From assembly GCF_009914755.1 (NCBI RefSeq), contig NC_060929.1: a DNA stretch of 64,000 bases, one strand, 5' to 3'. The position numbers and the translations under genes are program-made. Shown piece after piece: positions 58,795 through 64,000 of the stretch. How positions within the stretch are numbered: the first letter of the stretch is position 1; each line of letters starts with the position of its first letter. The notes below the pieces were generated by a model. It was not told where the DNA came from, did no database searches, and saw only the letters and a list, made by a program, of their open reading frames with translations. The stretch comes from the human T2T-CHM13v2.0 reference genome, Homo sapiens.

Positions 58795-59293
58795 GAAAAT
58801 GTCATATCAAACTACACAAAATTAAGTGAAGCTTTGACATATGACCACTTTATAATTTGGCAGACAGTGCAATGTATGCAGGCATAAAGTCTAATTTACA
58901 TTTTTTTGTGAAAAATGAAATCCTGAATTAATAGTGTACCTGCATATATTGTTCAACCTGTCTGAAAATCTATCAAAGGCCTAATAGAGTTAGTATTTTG
59001 AACTTGAACTTGTTAAAATGCACAATTGTTATAACTTTTTATAAAATATGTGTAGCACTTTACGATTTACTCCATTGTTTTTAAAATGTCATGATTCTAT
59101 TTTATAACAACATGTAACTGACTCATTCATTCATCAAGAAATACTCATTGAGTTTCTGCCATGTCTCATCTCGATAACTCCAATGTTCCATGCGTGGCCT
59201 CCTGCTTCAAATATAATTATATAACTGAGTAGATCTACTTACTGGAGCTGAGCTAGGGAAGAAAACCATCCTCCTTTATAAGCGTTGAAGCCT

Positions 59294-59650
59294 GTCATGG
59301 TCTGAATTCTGCACCCCCACAAAAAAGACATATTGAAGTCCTAACCCCTGACCCAAATAGACACGAAAGAGGGATGACAATGTGAGAAGACAGAGGACAA
59401 ACTCCCTATGAAGTCAGAGGCAAACATATAAATTATGCCTCCTGGCACAAGCCAAGGAAATGTCTAAGGCAAGCAGAAATAGAAAGAAGCAAAGAGGGAT
59501 ACCTTCTCCTCCAGGTTTTAGAGACAGCATGGCCCGCTGACACCCTGATTTGGGGCTTCTCATCTCCAGAGCTACAAGGTAATATATTCCGGTTGTTTTA
59601 AGCTACCTGGCTTTTGGTACTGTGTTATGGCAGCCCCAGGAATGTAATAG
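59294..59650 (+). mobile_element. MLT1B/C-like solo LTR
   Basis: tgtcatggtctgaatt...tattgaagtcctaacccc...caagccaagga...agcatggcccgctgacacc...gttgttttaagc...gttatggcagcccca. Confidence 0.8.
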
Positions 59651-60851
59651 AAAAAAAAAGACATTCTCACTTGCTCTCTGAGACCTGGCCCAGCCTGATG
59701 CATTGTTAATGCTTTAGAGCAAGTGATATTATAAAGTATCAATCACAAGATTCAGAATTTATATGTTCTAGTATAATTTGAACAGCAGAATGTTTGTACC
59801 TAGAAAGCTAACCTGTAGGGTTTTTTTTAAATTTCATTTGTTTATTCAAAAAAAGTTACTGAACTCTACAATATGACAGGAACTTTTCTTCTAGGATTCT
59901 AGGAGAAATCGGTGAAAATTATGATTAATAATAATAGTAATAATAAAAAGCTAAAGGCTTCTGGAATCATGCAGTTTCCACTAAAGTTGACCCATCGAAT
60001 AACAGTCCAAAAAGAGTTTACTACAAACAAGATGGTAAGTAAAATGAAGACATTGTCTGTTTTTTTGTATTGCATATGCATAAGTTTCTATCTCTATTCT
60101 TACATGTATCCTTATCCCGATTTGTATCTCTGTCTAAATTTTATCTTTATTAGAATTAGCTAAATTAGGTACAAGGTAAGGAAAGCTTCATTTTCAATAC
60201 AAAAAAAATTTTAATTTCATGGATTTAAAAATCTATTGTACTCAAATGTAGTGCCACAAAGTATATTGCTTTAATAATAATATTAAAGTTTCATTTTTGC
60301 ACTATCCAGTGTAAGTATAGCCATTATTGATTATGCAGTTCTTGGGGCAAAATCATAAAGTTTGTATTTTTACTCAGAAACTTTAATGAAATCACCAATC
60401 GCATCTTAGCTTTTACTTTTAAAATAGTCATCAAAGTAAAATTATCCCCTTATAGTCAGAGTTGCAATATAACAAAATGAAAACAATTTTAGCAACAAGA
60501 TAATGTGGGGACAATGAAGCATCAGAATGGTGATGTCATTATGAACAACTTTATATTAACTTTGTGGTTTTGAAAGCATATGCTATCACCTGTTTCTAAA
60601 TAAAACTGTTAGTTTTATCATAAACATGCTTTTCAATTACATTCATATGTCTATATATAATTTTCTCTTTTAATTGAATTATATTTTCCTTAGCCATAAA
60701 ACATCAGAAGTTTAGTTTTAAATTAAACTTCAACAATATATTACTTTGGACATTCCCTGAGAGATAATAGTTCAGTTGATAAAGTATTGATTATAACACA
60801 TTATATAGTACCTACCATGTGCCAAATATTATTTAAAACAAGATGTGTCTC

Positions 60852-60855
<4 letters not shown>

Positions 60856-60900
<45 letters not shown>
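60856..60900. repeat. (TG)22 microsatellite
   Basis: Uninterrupted TG run. Confidence 0.97.
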
Positions 60901-60902
<2 letters not shown>

Positions 60903-61745
60903 ACCTTCTCATCACCTTCATGTTTAGGTGGGAATACACTGTTTTCAGGTTCACTAAAACAAATAAAAAACAGCAGGTGTTACAACTCAGATTTCACCTT
61001 GGCAGTCTGGTTCTAGAATTCATTCTTTTAAAAACCATAAAAGAATAACATTTACTTTACAGTATAAGCTATTCGTATAAATTGCTAAAGGTTATACATG
61101 GTGTTTTTAAAAGGTCCACATACATGAAAGATGGCTACTTTGTAAATATTGATACATATTTATCTGTGATTTCAGAGATTCCGGCCTTCTCAGAGTACAA
61201 AAGCACTAAGATCAACATGAGTTATATTATCCTGAAGTGTTTGCATTTTGTTTAGTTTGGATTTATTTGATTTTACTATACTGAATAAAATACTTTCATT
61301 TTCTTATTGTCTCTTGCTTCTTTCTCCACTAACTGTTCCATTTTTACAATGGAAGAATTCCTGTCTTTCCACTGTAAAAATTCCTCTGAAATAATTCTTT
61401 TTGAAAAAAGGAAAGTGAGAAATAAGAGACCCCCTGTATTGCCCTTCCACTATAAGAAAGAAGCAATATTTACATCGGATAAAATTTACATTTTTATCAT
61501 GATTTACAAATATATTTGTTATATATGCAAAAATAACTTCAAATAAATGTTGTAAATGAGGATTTTAAACGTTCTTGTGAAAAACTACACTTGGCATCTC
61601 CTAAAAAACATAATGAAATATGTCTTGCCATAAATAAATAAATAATTGTAATTTATTTTTAAAGATCTACCTTATTTTGTGAACCTTTTTTGAAATGCTT
61701 GGCAAGGAATTGGAACTTAGAAAAGATACCTTGAAACAAATATTT

Positions 61746-62056
61746 CCTTATTTATTTATTTCTTTGTTTATTTATGTATTTATTTATTTTACTTCAGGTT
61801 CTGGGATACATATGCAGAATGTTCAGGTTTGTTACATAGGTATACATGTGCCACGGTTGTTTGCTGTACGAATCAACCCGTCGTCTAGGTTTTAGGCCCC
61901 ATGTGCATTAGGTATTTGTCCTAATACTCTCCCTCCCGTTGCCCCCCATCCCCCGACAGGCCCTGGTGTGTGAATTTCCCCTCCCTGTGTCCATGTGTTG
62001 TCATTGTTTAACTCTCACTTATGAATGAAAACATGCGGTGTTTGGTTTTCTGTTCC
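61746..62056 (-). mobile_element. Short 5'-truncated L1PA8-like element
   Basis: (ttta)n tail, gttctgggatacatatgcagaa, tcgtctaggttttagg. TSD gaaacaaatattt at 61733-61745 and 62057-62069. Confidence 0.92.
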
Positions 62057-63485
62057 GAAACAAATATTTTTTTCAATAGGAATAGGTTTGACCAAAGAAT
62101 CAGTGATGTTAAAGGTAGCAGAAATCTTTAACGAATTCATTTGTTCTAATCTTTAAATGTTCACACAATAATGATTTTATTATCTATCTATCTATTGTAA
62201 ATGAGTCAACAGGAGTCAAATTGATTATCTGCTATCTGACAGATGACTCAATACATTCTGGGGGACGATACCATAGGAGGATGAGGGGGAAGCAAAATAG
62301 CTGTTATTTCTGAACTTCACCTCTGATATCCAATAGTCACTCTGTTTTATTTTGAATCAGTGTTATTTCAAATTAAATTTAAAATTCTACCAAAAAGACT
62401 ATCTTCAAAATAGGAATGTCCTCTTTTCGTGGAATAAGGATATCTTCCTGATAGGTTTGAATTAATATCTCCAGTAATAAATTAGAAAGTACATTTTATT
62501 TTTAAATTGCATGCGTTTAACTATTAATGGCATGGACTATATTTCAAAACTTACTGTGACAGCTTCAATTTTGTTTTATCAAAATAACTTATGTTTGATC
62601 ATAGGACATTTCTTTTACATCCAAGGCACAGAAAAGCATTTTTGTAGCATGTCTATTTTAGAAGAACAGTAATACTTGATATTTTTTACTTCATAGGTCA
62701 ATATAAATAAACATCAAAATAGATTTTTACAGTTTTTCCCTTACAGAAATGTAATTCTTGCCAGTAAAAAGCAGGTCATATGCAGAGGTTAAATGAAACA
62801 CTTGTAACTTGAGGAAATTTGTTTTAAAATAAACATTTTGGTTTACCACAGTCTTTCCTCCTCCTTCAAACTTACCCACAAAGTGAGCTTTCTTTTCATT
62901 GTAAGATTGAAAATTTATAGCAATGGTATAATAGAGATAAATCCCAAAGCCACCTATTTCATATTTAGCTCATTTACTCAATATTGACTGGTTAGAAAAA
63001 TTAATCTAGTTTTAAAAAAATAGAAATAAAAATAAAAAGTTTTACCCAAAGCAGGAAATATACTTTCTGCCAACGCTAGCATTGAGTCAAAATATAAAAC
63101 AACTGAGTGCCTGTCTTAGTGTGTTTGTTGGAGTTATGTTTCTTTAAAGATAATACTTTAAAAGTGTTTGCTTATACGCCAACCCAATCTTTAGATAGTT
63201 ATTAGAGAAATTAAATTCTTAGGCACTGATGTTGGTATTCTGTGGAAATATGAGTTGGTTGACAATCATATAGATGACCAAAGCATAATGGGATAAAATG
63301 CAGACCATTAGCTGCTTAGTGAAAAAATGTATCTATCATGGGAAAAACAGACCAGTTTAGAGAGAGCCAGGGTACCAGATGGAGTTGAAGACTAAACAAA
63401 TGGAATTCAGCCAGTATTTTAAGGCAAAATCAAAAGGGGAAAGCAACAGTGCGTTTATGACATAAATCAGTGTCTGAGTCTAGCA

Positions 63486-63942
63486 TTTTTATTATTATTA
63501 TTATACTTTAAGTTCTGGGATACATGTGTATAACATGCAGGCTTGTTACACAGGTATACATGTGCCATCGTGGTTTGCTGCACCCATCAACCCATCATGG
63601 ACATTAGGTATTTCTCCTAATGCTATCCCTCCCCTAGCTCCCCACCCCCCAAACAGGCTTTGGTGTGTGATGTTCCCCACCCTGCGTCCTGTGTTCTCAT
63701 TGCTCAACTCCCACTTATCAGTGAGAACATGCAATGTTCGGTTTTCTGTTCCTGTGTTAGTTTGCTGAGAATGATGGTTTCCAGCTTCATCCATGTCCCT
63801 GCAAAGGACATGAACTCATCCATTTTTATGGCTGCATAGTATTCCACAGTGATTATATGCCACATTTTCTTTATCCAGTCTATCATTGATGAGCATTTGG
63901 GTTGGTTCCAACTCTTTGCTATTGTGAACAGTGCTGCAATAA

Positions 63943-63981
<39 letters not shown>

Positions 63982-64000
63982 TGTCTTTATAATAGAATGA
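63486..64000 (-). mobile_element. L1PA7-like 3' end (continues beyond window)
   Basis: (tta)n tail, atactttaagttctgggatacatgtg. ORF 63704-63976 holds the ORF2 C-terminus (MFIAALFTIAKSWNQPKC...HCMFSLISGS). Confidence 0.92.
63947..63978. repeat. (AC)16 microsatellite inside L1
   Basis: Uninterrupted AC run where L1 normally reads aaacatacgtgtgcatgtgtc. Confidence 0.95.

Overview
This window is AT-rich, CpG-depleted primate (human-like) nuclear DNA, from a gene desert or a deep intron. I see no host protein-coding exon, RNA gene, CpG island or prokaryotic-type system. Every ORF in the track with recognisable homology is a fragment of an L1, Alu or MaLR/LTR repeat; the rest look like chance ORFs. 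The content is layered transposon debris: 9 Alus; a full-length but broken L1PA8A-like LINE nested in an L1MA; a near-complete ancient L1MC/MD carrying 3 Alus and a solo LTR; several truncated L1s; a THE1 provirus; solo LTRs; L2/MIR; and DNA-transposon relics. I found no new multi-gene biological system. The best signals are footprints of mechanism: (1) an exact 44-bp copy of local flanking DNA pasted inside the THE1 internal region 1290 bp away, (2) a probable L1 3' transduction splitting an MLT1 LTR, (3) two twin-primed (5'-inverted) L1 insertions, one only about 110 bp long, and (4) a compact G-quadruplex motif inserted into an old L1. Repeat subfamily names come from remembered consensus sequences and need RepeatMasker/Dfam confirmation. 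Boundaries of the oldest repeats are approximate.
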